A stretch of DNA of 64,000 nucleotides, taken from Octopus bimaculoides (taxonomy: Eukaryota). How positions within the stretch are numbered: position 1 is the first letter of the stretch; each line of letters starts with the position of its first letter. Position numbers and translations under genes: made by a program. The notes under the pieces were generated by a model. The model was not told the DNA's origin. It saw nothing but the letters and a program-made list of their open reading frames with translations, and searched no databases. Below are positions 12,388-26,103 of this stretch, one piece after another. Where the stretch lies: assembly GCF_001194135.2 (NCBI RefSeq), contig NC_068987.1, positions 100,335,415 to 100,399,414 on the forward strand, given 5' to 3'.

Positions 12388-15374
12388 NNNNNNNNNNNNN
12401 NNNNNNNNNNNNNNNNNNNNNNNNNNNNNNNNNNNNNNNNNNNNNNNNNNNNNNNNNNNNNNNNNNNNNNNNNNNNNNNNNNNNNNNNNNNNNNNNNNNN
12501 NNNNNNNNNNNNNNNNNNNNNNNNNNNNNNNNNNNNNNNNNNNNNNNNNNNNNNNNNNNNNNNNNNNNNNNNNNNNNNNNNNNNNNNNNNNNNNNNNNNN
12601 NNNNNNNNNNNNNNNNNNNNNNNNNNNNNNNNNNNNNNNNNNNNNNNNNNNNNNNNNNNNNNNNNNNNNNNNNNNNNNNNNNNNNNNNNNNNNNNNNNNN
12701 NNNNNNNNNNNNNNNNNNNNNNNNNNNNNNNNNNNNNNNNNNNNNNNNNNNNNNNNNNNNNNNNNNNNNNNNNNNNNNNNNNNNNNNNNNNNNNNNNNNN
12801 NNNNNNNNNNNNNNNNNNNNNNNNNNNNNNNNNNNNNNNNNNNNNNNNNNNNNNNNNNNNNNNNNNNNNNNNNNNNNNNNNNNNNNNNNNNNNNNNNNNN
12901 NNNNNNNNNNNNNNNNNNNNNNNNNNNNNNNNNNNNNNNNNNNNNNNNNNNNNNNNNNNNNNNNNNNNNNNNNNNNNNNNNNNNNNNNNNNNNNNNNNNN
13001 NAATTTATATATATTGTGACGAAGAATTAAATTTGTTGTAATATCTGAGTTGAAGAAGACCATAGATTAGTTTATGTAAATGTTATAAAATCTAAAACTG
13101 AAATTTCTCTCATCAAGTATCACAGACCACGTTTTACAAGCAGATTCAAAAGTAGTGAAATTGAGGTGAGACTATTTGAGGTTAATTTCGATTGCTACAT
13201 TTGGATTTTTTCAAAATAATCTTTCTGGAGATAAATTAAGGCACCCAAAGTAAAAGGTAATCCCAAATAATGTAGTTCATAGCTTCTCCTTTTTTCTGAA
13301 GCACTGGTTTAAATGTTACGTAATGACAAACGGCGGCGCAAAAACGTGTGTGATGAAGTCACGTCGGATATCTCAATAGTTTTGCCGTTAAATTTGATGT
13401 CAGTGTGAAGCTAAAGTTGGAGATAGCTGTTTGTTTGCAAAAGTAATACTTTAAAAAAATATTTCTTTAATATTTTGTTTCAGCAAGTCAGATATTTCGG
13501 TGGAATTAATTTGCATTCTCTTATTAGCATAACCATACGATATGTCATGATTAAGTTGCTGTTCAACAGCACAAATAGTGGAACCTAGGTTAATAAATAT
13601 AGCAGCGTTAGCAGAGGTAATGCGGGTTTTATATTTACTAGAATATCTCAAATTACCAGAGCGAACAGTGCTATGTCATTTGAGCTATGACGCTTCTCCT
13701 CTTCCCTGGAGGAAACCTGAGAAAATTCTACGTAAATTGCAGAATGCACTTCTGACACTATCCATTTGATTTCTTCGAAATAATTAATTACATGCTTAAT
13801 TATTGTATGTAATTATATGCTTAATAGAAATATAGGGTATTGCTACCAAATCTACAACTAAATCATGAAAATTTGTTGTGGTACATTTCTATTAAAGTTT
13901 CACGATGGAACAGCGTTTCTCGACTGTCCTTGAACGCCGAATTGTAAATCTAGAGGATATTAGAAAGTGGGAAAAAATGTTATTCCCTAAAAGTAGTAGT
14001 AGCGTACCATATTTTGAAGTAGCTGGTTGATATTTGAAGTACTTAGATTTGAGTCATCTACCTCTGTTATGACAATATGGTATCATCATTACCGCTAGCA
14101 ACAAAGGCAACGACTTCTATTATGCATGAACCCAATAATTGAACCAAACCTAGAGAATGAAGGTGTTATTTATCTTATCCGGTGGATTATCAACAGTCGA
14201 TTGAGCGCGAAATTCCTTCGATATCTGAAAAGTACAACAAAATACCGATGATAACTTTGTCGATATGAAGTATAAGAACTGGTATAGATTTAGCAGAACA
14301 CGTAACGCCATCGGAATCCTAAAATCAATTAACTTTGGTAAGTGAATCTACCGCCGTAAAGGTATCCTAATTTAACAAACGCAGACAGTAACTTTCTTAA
14401 CAAGGCACTGCAATGAGGTTTATTTTTATCAATTATCAGAGTTTATTTCATTCTAAGGGCACGTTCTATTTAGGACCATACATGAGCAATTTCTTACTTG
14501 CATTGGAGTAAACAAAGTAGGAATTGTTGAAACTCTTATGTACATATTGTCTACGAATTCTTGCCTTGTCAGCTTTTAGTTTGATAAAAGAATTAATCAG
14601 AACTACGCGATTACCAGGATGTTTCCTCTTAGGTATTATTGACCATGAATGACATTTGAGAATAGAAAAATATATTGTGTTGCACTGATGCCAGTTAAGT
14701 TGCAAATTTTCCTCGCAACGAATTAAATTCCTGTAACCAGAAGAGAACAAGTCATTTAGGGCAATCAAACATTGACTCATAGGAATACTGTGTCAGAGGA
14801 CATGAAATCAGTAATTGGATTGCCTTGTTGAATTGCGGTAAAAATGAATATAGCGTGAACGGAGTTGAGTACTTGTATTTAGAAACTTGAAGCTTGATAT
14901 TGTATTGCTGCTCAATTTTGTTTGTATATTGGTAGTTTAATTACATCCGTAACAGAATAATCATTTCCTTCAATTCCAGCAGTCTTGAATCTAAGATAAG
15001 AGGCCATAAAGTAAATCGAGCTACCTTACTATGACACAAAAGTACACATATTGACAAGCATTGGAAAGAAAAAAAATATATAGGAAGATTTCCTACCAGA
15101 GCCCAGAATCATGTTTGCATATTTGCACTGAAAAGGACCAACGAAAACGGTTCTGATATTGTAGTCAAACATTACTCAAACCTCTTCATACATAGTCAAT
15201 TCAAGAAGAAAGTGAGCGCATAGAAACAGGATTTATAATATGAGCAAAACTACTTTTCGATCATTATGGATTTAAGAACGTTAATATGCGAAATTAAACT
15301 TCAAATAATATAAAGAAATAAAATAAAATAAAATAAAAACCACACTCAAACACTACCGCAAGAACAACAAACGG

Positions 15375-15428
15375 TACTACTACTACTACTACTACTACTA
15401 TTGCTGCTGCTGCTGCTGCTACTACTAC

Positions 15429-15464
<36 letters not shown>

Positions 15465-15505
15465 TGCTACTACTACTGCTACTACTAATAGTAATAATGA
15501 TAATG
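15375..15505. repeat. Compound (TAC)n/(TGC)n/(TAA)n microsatellite
   Basis: Direct reading; it explains the poly-V, poly-S and poly-L ORFs here. Confidence 0.95.
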
Positions 15506-16100
15506 ATTTCATTTATTTGCCACAAGGGCCAAGGATGCAGTGGACAATACAAAGAGAAACAAAAGGGGGGGATTACATATAACGAAATGATAAAAAGGAA
15601 GGAAAGAAAGTAAGTATATAAGGTATGCACTGAAAACGAAGGGGGATATATGCAATGAAAAGGTTTAAAACAAAAAAAATGTGGCGTGGCGTTCCTCCTG
15701 ATACAGGAACGCCTCTAGGAATAATTGAGGAACACCACTGTCCGAGATTTCCCAGAAACCCCACGAGCAAGTGCCTCTTCTAGTTCCTTCTCTCCGACTC
15801 ACAGATCGACACTTTCACCCACTTTTCAATAAAGTCACCCAAGGACAGCACTTCCCTCTCCACTCTCAATTTCCTTTTCAAGTGAAACTTGAAGAAGTCA
15901 ATGAAAGCTCTACCAAAGGGGAATATAACTGTCCCACACGTGATAGCAGCTGTCCGACATAACCCCTGCAACGCCCACACACCCGTTAGCACATCCCGGC
16001 CAGAGATTTCCGGAAATTATCTATGAGCCTTGGGCCAAACGTCAACCGGGGTAGACAAGCTAGTCGATTTTCATCGGCGCTCACAATTTCCTCAAGGACG
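15506..16100 (-). mobile_element. L1/Tx1-like LINE 3' end
   Basis: A GC-richer segment. The minus strand gives YVGQLLSRVG and FFKFHLKRKLRVEREVLSLGDFIEKWVKV, resembling Tx1 ORF2 C-termini. A 3' UTR with AATAAA (plus tttatt, 15512-15517) runs into the microsatellite. Confidence 0.6.
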
Positions 16101-16134
16101 TCGTTACTTTTGCGAAACACTAATAATAATCATT

Positions 16135-16328
16135 TGTGCTAAACGTTCGAGGCCTGGAATTTTGTAGACTACAGCTAGTCAGTTATATCGAACCCAGTGC
16201 TTAAATGATACTGAAAAGCTGAAAGACAGAGCCTGTCTCTGTGATACTTGAATTCAGTAAGTAGAGGCTGGACGAATTTGCACCGAGCATTTTGTCAAGC
16301 GAGCTAAAATTTCTGCCCGCTCACCAAC

Positions 16329-16330
<2 letters not shown>
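16135..16330 (-). mobile_element. tRNA-derived SINE, family B, diverged
   Basis: The reverse complement aligns by eye with the copy at 35551-35766 (ggtgagc..gcagaa..ttagc..gac.aaatgct..ttcgtc..ctga.ttcaa). Confidence 0.6.
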
Positions 16331-16401
<71 letters not shown>

Positions 16402-16405
16402 TGAC

Positions 16406-16453
<48 letters not shown>
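16330..16453. repeat. (TAA)n followed by (GAT)n microsatellite
   Basis: Direct reading; it explains the poly-I ORF. Confidence 0.95.
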
Positions 16454-16454
<1 letters not shown>

Positions 16455-16455
16455 A

Positions 16456-16825
16456 AAAATTTTAGCATAAGGTCAGCAATTTTAGGGACAGTTGAATAGT
16501 CGGGTACACCGACCCAGTACTTCATTCGTAGTTTATTATATCGACTTCAAAAGGAAGAAATACAAAGTTGATCTAATCAGGGTTCGAACTCAGAAGATAA
16601 AAAGCTGGACTAAATACAGCATTTTATGACGACTCTGCCAATCCATCTTATTCAAGAACTATGATAATAATCGTATTTTTTTTTCTATCATTGGCACACA
16701 GCCAGACATTTTTGAGGGGACAGGGATAGTCGATTACATCGACCCCAGAGATAGTTTGATACTTTATTTCATTGCTCTCAAAAGGATGAAAGATACAGTG
16801 ACCTTGGTGTGATTTGAACTCAGAA
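16456..16825 (-). mobile_element. Two further diverged family B SINE copies (about 16456-16650 and 16690-16825)
   Basis: They share the motifs gtcgattacatcgaccccag, ttcgaactcagaa / tttgaactcagaa (B-box on the minus strand) and aaggatgaaag. Confidence 0.65.
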
Positions 16826-17625
16826 GTGGTGGTTAGCCTTGAAAAGAGCTATTAGAGTGGAGGTGTTAGAATTTAGTAAAGAAAGAGTGTTAGAGGAATC
16901 TTGAATAGAGTGTGACCTAGATAGGAAACTAGAAGAGGCACTTAGTAAAGCAATAGCGAACGACTTGCTGGCGGCAAAAGTAGATGTTGATCAATGACTA
17001 GCACGAATGTTGAGTTGGCAGAGCTAGGGTGCGTGCGCTAAGACAAGATGGAATAAAAACCCGTTCGATGGGCCAGGTTAGTAGATTGGCAACAAAATCA
17101 CAATTCTTTCTGTGACGGGCCGAGACGGGCTCTTGCTATTCGAGTCCAAGCAGTTGTGTGTGGTAATTTAACATCATTTTGCCAAACACTACGAAGCAAG
17201 CGGCGTGTCGGAAACCGGGGTGAATTTTCTCGGGGTCAGGGATTCGGAGTTCTGTGAAATGCCGATAACAGCCGGAGACGTACAGGACGTGATGACTAGC
17301 TGCACAAGGAATAAGTCTCCGGGACAGGAGACTCGGCCGTTTGAGCTTTATCTTCATATGCCAGACTTGTTCGGTGATCGCTGGGCAGATGTCTAGCGCA
17401 GCTGGAAACTTATCAGGCGAATTGCAGGCGCTGGGAGCTGGGGCGGAACGATGTTGCCGAGAAAAGACTCGAATAAGGGGGACGAGACATGTATTTTTAG
17501 GCCCGTAACTCTGCCACACACAGGCTGACAAACTGTTTGGTGATACACAGACATGAGCTAACACAAAAAGATCTATCGTCGGCAATCTCTCATTCAGGCG
17601 TTCATAGGAAGTCTTGGTATGGAAC
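16826..17625 (+). mobile_element. L1/Tx1-like ORF2 fragment (post-endonuclease linker and RT N-terminus)
   Basis: KWWLALKRAIR..KLEEAL..LLAAK; GRDG..HHFAK; FCEMPITAGDVQDVMTSCTRNKSPG..FELYLHMPDLFG; RKDSNKGD..FRPVTL. These include the KSPG and RPITL motifs of L1/Tx1 RT. Confidence 0.85.
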
Positions 17626-17655
17626 CTACTCTCTCTATGATGTAATATATATTTA

Positions 17656-17713
<58 letters not shown>

Positions 17714-19349
17714 AATACATACATTCATGTACCAATGTAGAGTCAGTTTCATCTTATGCACGCTGCATGTCTGTATAAGAACAATAGATTCGAGTTTCCT
17801 CGAGCATTCGTTTGCGTATACTTCTATGTGTGTATTTCTGAGGTAACGAATATCATTTATAACAGAGAAATAAACTACGCTTTCTGGAACGCAATAGTAA
17901 GGACACCAGTACCCATTAATCAGATTATTTGGAATAGAACTTGGAATGTTTGTTATATGTTGCAAAAGAAAAGGCGATGAAGCCACTTTATAGAGATATC
18001 TATTCTTAGAGAATCCTTATTCAGTATATTGTATCCTCTAACAATTTAGCTGTAGATGGGTGAAGCTTCTTGTAGGAATATAACTTCCTAATATCAATAA
18101 ACATAGAAAAAGTGTCCAGTGGAGCAGAATAGGCATTTATAATGCTTGAAATATCTCCTATAAAATCTACCTACCAAGGAATATGATTTCCAGTAATAAC
18201 AGGCTTGGTTGAACGCTGTCGTATATATANNNNNNNNNNNNNNNNNNNNNNNNNNNNNNNNNNNNNNNNNNNNNNNNNNNNNNNNNNNNNNNNNNNNNNN
18301 NNNNNNNNNNNNNNNNNNNNNNNNNNNNNNNNNNNNNNNNNNNNNNNNNNNNNNNNNNNNNNNNNNNNNNNNNNNNNNNNNNNNNNNNNNNNNNNNNNNN
18401 NNNNNNNNNNNNNNNNNNNNNNNNNNNNNNNNNNNNNNNNNNNNNNNNNNNNNNNNNNNNNNNNNNNNNNNNNNNNNNNNNNNNNNNNNNNNNNNNNNNN
18501 NNNNNNNNNNNNNNNNNNNNNNNNNNNNNNNNNNNNNNNNNNNNNNNNNNNNNNNNNNNNNNNNNNNNNNNNNNNNNNNNNNNNNNNNNNNNNNNNNNNN
18601 NNNNNNNNNNNNNNNNNNNNNNNNNNNNNNNNNNNNNNNNNNNNNNNNNNNNNNNNNNNNNNNNNNNNNNNNNNNNNNNNNNNNNNNNNNNNNNNNNNNN
18701 NNNNNNNNNNNNNNNNNNNNNNNNNNNNNNNNNNNNNATATATATATATATATATATATACGTATGTATGTATGTATGTACATGTATTAATATATTTATA
18801 TGTGTTTATATAGGTATCGTATATATTTGTCTTTCTTTTTATAATTCTTGTTTGAAGATTGGATCTATCAAATAAATGGACTTGAAATATTTGTGATATA
18901 CTCGCCAAGAGAAAGAGTGATGTTTAAGTAATGGAGTCTGGATGAGTGATTTATGAAGGGTTTAGTTTAGATCGTATACACGTATGCACACACACGCACG
19001 CGCACGCATGTATAAAAAGCAAATAGATATATGCATATTACAAAAGAAATACAGTTCCTTCAGAAATGTCTACTCCCCATATTTTAGCATAAAATTATAA
19101 CTAATTGATACTGAATACTTAATTCATTCATTTCAATAAACTACCCTTGAAATAGGATGTAGAACCGCACTGCGTGACAATGAGATTTTCAGAAGCTTCA
19201 CGAATTCAATCTTTCATGAATAACACAAAATTTATTGTTCAATACACATTAGGATAAGTATATTGTAACTGCCATACATTAACTATTAATTATATACGTG
19301 TGTGTTTATGTGTATATTTATGGATATGCGAATATGCCCATGTACGTAT

Positions 19350-19548
19350 CTCAATTTTCAGTTTTATTTCAATATTTCTTGTCGAAAGAGAGAGAGCCGG
19401 TTTCTAACCACGTTTCAAAGTACCTGCATCGGAATTTCAACATCAACAATATGGTATTTCTTTGGATGTGTACGTATGTATATATACGCGCAGATTTGTA
19501 TGTTTTCTTTTATGTAAGTCTTCTCATGCACAGACTTAAATATGTCTG
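19350..19548 (-). mobile_element. Solo 3' UTR of the R4/Dong-like family seen at 2100-4040
   Basis: ttcagttttatttc..atttctt..gagagagccggtttctaac..aatttcaacat..ttctcatgcacag matches 2115-2210 and 3700-3740. Confidence 0.65.
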
Positions 19549-21850
19549 TATGTATGTATTTGCGTGTATGTATCTATGTATGTATGCGTCCATGTGTGTA
19601 AGTGTTTGTATGTGTATGACCTATATGTATGTGTGTGTGTGTGTGTGTGTGTATACAACTGAGCATTATGGACATATTTGATGTTGCATTAATGAGAAAA
19701 TCATAATATTTGGAGCGTATAATGCGCGATTTTTGGGAGAGTATCAAGGTATAATTTATACATGGAAGCATCCATGACTGTGTGGTGAAGTGGCTCACAC
19801 CATTATCATCTAACCTTTCGACAGCACACCAAGGTGTCTTCAGTCTGTTCATCACGCGTTAAGTATCCATCGCTGACAGGGTTCTGCGTAGGATTCAGGA
19901 GAGGGACATCTGGGTATGACTGTAGATGTAAATAAAGCATGCAAGCTTTTCCCATTGTGTTATGCTTCGTATCAGAATTCTATGCTAGATTGCCTTTGTG
20001 CATTTCGATTGGTCAACCTCGTAGCTACTGTTATAAGCCGATTATTTTGATCGGAGAACTTGAGTCTGACAGAAACACCTCCCCCATACTCATTTGCATA
20101 CATATATATGTTTATACACACACGCACACGTGCATTCACACACACACATACACACACACACACACACACACGCATANNNNNNNNNNAGAGTCAATTAAAA
20201 TCAGAGATATCATAAGTGGATACGGATTGCCTTTGTAGGAAAAGTGAGTGAAGAAAAGATTTTAAGAAGACTGCAGTGTGAGAAAAAATATTAAGAATGA
20301 GTGTTGTGTCTGGATTACACCGAAACAATATCAATGTTGGTGTACGTGGTGTATATAAATGAATCTCTTAAGGACTGAAAATCAACAAATATTATGTAGA
20401 TGGCAACTGTTAAGAAATGCGTCCTTTTATCGTAGATATGCTGATTTTTTGTTTTTTTGTTATGCAAACTTTGAAACGGAAACACCAACACCATGCTAAA
20501 AATCATGTGCAAATTTCTCTCGGTATTAAAATTCAGTTACAGCTTTCATTTCATTAATTCGATTTCTCTGCCGGATGGTTTGTAGTGTTTTCATNNNNNN
20601 NNNNNNNNNNNNNNNNNNNNNNNNNNNNNNNNNNNNNNNNNNNNNNNNNNNNNNNNNNNNNNNNNNNNNNNNNNNNNNNNNNNNNNNNNNNNNNNNNNNN
20701 NNNNNNNNNNNNNNNNNNNNNNNNNNNNNNNNNNNNNNNNNNNNNNNNNNNNNNNNNNNNNNNNNNNNNNNNNNNNNNNNNNNNNNNNNNNNNNNNNNNN
20801 NNNNNNNNNNNNNNNNNNNNNNNNNNNNNNNNNNNNNNNNNNNNNNNNNNNNNNNNNNNNNNNNNNNNNNNNNNNNNNNNNNNNNNNNNNNNNNNNNNNN
20901 NNNNNNNNNNNNNNNNNNNNNNNNNNNNNNNNNNNNNNNNNNNNNNNNNNNNNNNNNNNNNNNNNNNNNNNNNNNNNNNNNNNNNNNNNNNNNNNNNNNN
21001 NNNNNNNNNNNNNNNNNNNNNNNNNNNNNNNNNNNNNNNNNNNNNNNNNNCTCTTTCTTTCTTTCTCTATGTACGTATGTATGTGCACACACGCACATAT
21101 TTACACGCGCACGCAGAGAAACGTTCACATATGTGTGTTTGTATATATATATATATATAACAATCAATAACATGTACGAATAAAATAAAATCTTTATTTT
21201 AGATCACACCTTAAAAATCTAACAATTGTTTCAATCGCATTAACATATACATACATAATGTATATGATAATGTGTCGACAAAAATTTTCGTACATAATAT
21301 TAATGGTAATAATAGTATGTATATACATGTCTGTGTGCGTGTGTATGTGCTTGTATATATATATACACACATATATTCTTACACACAGTCATATTCATAA
21401 ATAATAATATTAAAATTTATAATAAAATGTACCAACATTTATGTCAACACAACATTATAAAGCTACTACAAATTGTTGAAATTCTAACTGAACATCTGTT
21501 AACCTGAACATCTTTTAGCTGTTGAAAAACGGTAACAAAGAGAAACACCAAACACAATTTTACTTCAGACATTCTTTCATTCATGCAACGAAGAGCGACG
21601 TCATTGAATAACTAATTTAGTTTATCAAAAATATACCATACTAATTCCATATCTTTACAGCATAACGTAGAAAACGAATATATGAAACAAGTTGGTTTAT
21701 TAGCGATTGATAACTGAAATTTACCAGGTAAATATAAAGTTTGGTGCTTACAATTCGGCATGTATCCGCGACATTCGTAGCCACTTTTAATATATTAGGT
21801 GTCATTGTTACGAGTCCAAATCTTTGAACAAATTTGTAATGTGTTCGTTA

Positions 21851-22217
21851 GAATGTGGCTAGGCCTACCTTAGATATTGAGATTGAGGGCAGAACTCTGA
21901 ACAACGTGAAGAGCTTTACATACCTGGGAAGCTGCCTGTCCTCAAACTGCAGCATGAACGAAGATGTCTTCATGAGGCTTGCAAAAGCAGGAGCTTCGTT
22001 TGGCAGACTTTGAACACGTCTGTGGGCCGAACGAGGCGTCATACTTTCCACCAACCTGGCAGTCTATAGGGAAGTCATCATTACCCCTCTCTGGTGTACG
22101 GTTGTGGGACGTGGACGCTGTATAGGAGGCAAATTCGAGTACTTGACCGGTTCCACCTCCGCTGCTTGCGACGAATCATGGGAATTTTCCGGGAGGACAG
22201 AGTCTCCAAGACTGAGG
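21851..22217 (+). mobile_element. RTE (BovB-like) LINE fragment, RT thumb region, running into a gap
   Basis: [81 protein letters not shown]. Only about one stop and one frameshift. Confidence 0.93.
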
Positions 22218-23029
22218 NNNNNNNNNNNNNNNNNNNNNNNNNNNNNNNNNNNNNNNNNNNNNNNNNNNNNNNNNNNNNNNNNNNNNNNNNNNNNNNNNNN
22301 NNNNNNNNNNNNNNNNNNNNNNNNNNNNNNNNNNNNNNNNNNNNNNNNNNNNNNNNNNNNNNNNNNNNNNNNNNNNNNNNNNNNNNNNNNNNNNNNNNNN
22401 NNNNNNNNNNNNNNNNNNNNNNNNNNNNNNNNNNNNNNNNNNNNNNNNNNNNNNNNNNNNNNNNNNNNNNNNNNNNNNNNNNNNNNNNNNNNNNNNNNNN
22501 NNNNNNNNNNNNNNNNNNNNNNNNNNNNNNNNNNNNNNNNNNNNNNNNNNNNNNNNNNNNNNNNNNNNNNNNNNNNNNNNNNNNNNNNNNNNNNNNNNNN
22601 NNNNNNNNNNNNNNNNNNNNNNNNNNNNNNNNNNNNNNNNNNNNNNNNNNNNNNNNNNNNNNNNNNNNNNNNNNNNNNNNNNNNNNNNNNNNNNNNNNNN
22701 NNNNNNNNNNNNNNNNNNNNNNNNNNNNNNNNNNNNNNNNNNNNNNNNNNNNNNNNNNNNNNNNNNNNNNNNNNNNNNNNNNNNNNNNNNNNNNNNNNNN
22801 NNNNNNNNNNNNNNNNNNNNNNNNNNNNNNNNNNNNNNNNNNNNNNNNNNNNNNNNNNNNNNNNNNNNNNNNNNNNNNNNNNNNNNNNNNNNNNNNNNNN
22901 NNNNNNNNNNNNNNNNNNNNNNNNNNNNNNNNNNNNNNNNNNNNNNNNNNNNNNNNNNNNNNNNNNNNNNNNNNNNNNNNNNNNNNNNNNNNNNNNTATA
23001 TATATATATATGATCATTAATACACACGA

Positions 23030-23551
23030 GAGATAATAATGTTAGTGGCAGGAAGGTTAAAACCGTATAGGTATAATTAATATATATATTAATAGAATTA
23101 TATATAAAATGGGCATTATGATGCACCAACTTCGCTAAAGCGACGATTCAAAAATGCTTCAAAGCCACAAAGATTAAGATTAAATTTTCACAGGCAAGGT
23201 TGGAAAAGATATAAGTGAATAATGATTGAGTTATAACTCTGGAAAATTGCAAGAAAAAATGCATGTTAACCTGGTATCATGATTTCTAATTTAGTGCCAA
23301 CAGCACTTGATTCTCTGCAGCCACGTCTATTAACAACAAACCTATACATCACTTCAAGCATTGCATGTGTTCGTTTCAGTGTCCAACCCGCATTGAGAAA
23401 ACAAAATGAATAAAATTCATAAATATATAAAGAAAAGTAATATTCATGTGAGATAATAATGTTTGTGGCCGTAAACTTAAAACTGTATAGGCAAAATTAA
23501 TAGATATATACAAGAATTATATATAACAAGGGCGCTATGAAGCACCAACTT
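23030..23551. repeat. Imperfect direct repeat of about 102 bp (23030-23132 and 23450-23551)
   Basis: Both copies read gagataataatgtt..tgg..ttaaaac.gtatagg..aattaata.atata..agaattatatataa..ggg..tatga.gcaccaactt. Confidence 0.8.
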
Positions 23552-24204
23552 TAAATAACAATATGTATGTATATGTTATTCCAACTGAAACAATTGTTGG
23601 ATTTTTAAGGTGTGATCTAAAATGAAGATATGATTTTCTTCGTACACATTTACTGTTGCTAATACTCTGAATTTCTTATGTTCTGCATAAGCATTGGTGG
23701 GATTACCTGTCATACATGAGAATTGACCTGAGATTCGTATTCTACATACATTTACCGGTATCTATTTGTTGGAAATTTAACGTTATTACTTTATACTGAG
23801 TGCTTCCTTGATTTATATGTATATATACATATATATGAAATATTAGAAAACTACTACAATGGACAAATAACAAACACAAGAAGCCCAAATTTTAGGAGTA
23901 ATTGCAGTTAGCTCAGCACCTATAATGTACCTTCGTTAAACGTCTGTTAAAATTATCTCACACGTATGCTTATACGGGGAATCCTTTTGTATCAACACTA
24001 GGGATGTTCTAATAATCTCCGCTAGGTCTGGCATAGATTTTGATTCCAAGAAATTACTAAGGCATTAATAATAGAATTTGGATATCTACAAAACTACAGC
24101 ATTATGTAGATAGCTGAACTGCCGGAAACGATTTTATCCAAATGTGATCTTTTAATATGTTTTAACTTTTTTTGTAAGTGCATCATTTATTTAAAATGTT
24201 ATAA

Positions 24205-25975
24205 GAATCAGTACTAAACAAAGGTCTCAACTTTGCGACAGGCATCAAGCGCATTCCATACTTGGACATAGTACAGCCTATTGAAGAGATAGTCATAAAG
24301 ATACCAAAAGCTCAGGGAGATGAACTAAGGTGGAAAGTGAGACAGGTACTAGAAAAACGAAACTTCTCAAACCAAACATCACTAAGGAAGAAAAGTTCGG
24401 TTTCAAAAGACTACAGAGTGACAACTCCATCATAATACTTCCTGTGGAGAAGGGAAACGCTACAGTGGTGATGAGCAAGTCTGACTACTCGGAAAAATAG
24501 GCAAGTCTTGTAAGTTATGGTAGCAACAAAGTAAAGAAAGACCGAACTCTTAAAACAGAGAAGAAGTTGTCACAGATTTTGATCAAGAACAAGGATCACT
24601 TTACACCAATAAAGTACAGACAACTGACTCAACACATGTACGCTCTCCCTAAGATTCACGAGGTATTCCATTAAGATCTATAGTGAGCTCTAGAGGTTCG
24701 GCATGTCATCTACTGAGCCGCTTCCTTGGGGATATAATCAGTCTATTAGCAAGAGAATCAACATCGCAAGTGAAGAATTCCACCACTTCGAAGAATTGAT
24801 CGAGGATACCCTCATTGAATCCAACCAGATGGTTAGTCTAGATGTGAAATGTCTCTTCACCAACGTCCCAACTGGTGAAGCGCTATCGGTGATTCAAGAA
24901 AAACTAGTGACAGACACCCATCTAAAAGAACGCACTAGTATACCAATAAGAAACCTGATGAAAATGTTGACCTTCTGTGTAGAAACTACCTAATTCAGTA
25001 TGGATACTGATATATATCGACTAAGAGGAGGGTTTAGCTATGGGTTCGCCATTATCACCGATAATAGCCAATATATACTTGGAATACTTGGAGAATTTGG
25101 CTTTAGTATCAACACCATTTAAACCAAGCTATGACTGCGATAGATCATGTGAACTCAATAAAGGCATCCATAAATTTCACAACCGAAAAGGAAAAAGAGT
25201 ATCAGCTGGCATTCCGGGACGTATTAATAACACGCACCAAGTATGGATTCAGGACATCCGTATACCGCAAGCCAACCTTCACTGGACGATACCCCAACTC
25301 TCAATTCAGTGTAAAGAGAGGGATTGCTCAGTATCTAAAACGTCGACCAATGAATATAAGTAAAGATTGTGATACACACCACGAAGAAATGATCAAGCTC
25401 AGTAATAATCCATTAAGCAACAACTACCGCCAAAACATACTATCCACTCTGATGATGAAGAAAAGAGAAGATGAAACCAACAAACTGTCCACAGTCTAAC
25501 TACCCTATGTGAAAGGCAACTCCGAAAACATGCAAAAGATATGCAGCCCATATGACATCAGGACAGTATTCAAGAGTACTACAACACTTCGCAAATATCT
25601 CCTTCGAATAAAACCACCAATAGAAGAGAATATGACTAAAGACTGCGTATACTCCATCCTATGCAGCTGTGGTAGGATATACAAAGGTGGAACATGCCGC
25701 CCCTCAAATAAGAGTAGACGAACATCGCAAAGCTCTGATACGAGGAGATATTTATAAATCGGGTATAGCTGATCATATATGGAGAAATGGAGACCACTTC
25801 CCTCCTATGGAATGAAGTTAAAATAATAGACTGAGAACGCCACTGGAAAATACGAAAACTAAAAGAAGTTGCACATATGCTAGGACACAACAATCTCCTA
25901 AGCAAACCGAGTGCCAATATGAGTAGCATATAGGAACCGGTAGTAATGAAGGATAGGAAAATAGTAGATTTATAA
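24205..25975 (+). mobile_element. Penelope-like element (Penelope/Poseidon type): RT plus GIY-YIG, pseudogenised
   Basis: LNKGLNFA; MYALPKIH; VSLDVKCLFTNVP; LAMGSPLSPIIANIYLEYLE; INFTTEKE..LAFRDVLI..VYRKPTFTGRY; LPYVKG; VYSILCSCGRIYKG; SGIADHIW..WNEVKII. The YxDD block is missing, deleted between PFKP and MTAIDH. Confidence 0.95.
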
Positions 25976-26004
25976 GCCCTAAAATTCATTCCATAATTGC
26001 CCAC

Positions 26005-26072
26005 GGGCATATGGCATAGTGGTAAAGAGCTCGGGCTGCTAAATCCGAATTCGATTCTAGACAGTGACCAAT

Positions 26073-26103
<31 letters not shown>

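Larger units (their letters stand above)
21158..23661. mobile_element. Putative non-autonomous TIR element with about 95-bp inverted termini, containing an RTE fragment and a gap
   Basis: 21158-21256 matches the reverse complement of 23563-23661, including a perfect 24-mer (attttagatcacaccttaaaaatc) and aacaattgtttca. Confidence 0.6.

Noticed and set aside
14466-14780. ORF with scattered Cys/His, faintly like a LINE ORF1 zinc-knuckle region
   Set aside because: No complete CCHC spacing survives, so the resemblance is too weak to call.
26005-26070. tRNA gene call for this and the other A/B-box heads
   Set aside because: There is no complete cloverleaf or acceptor stem; they are SINE-type heads embedded in repeats.
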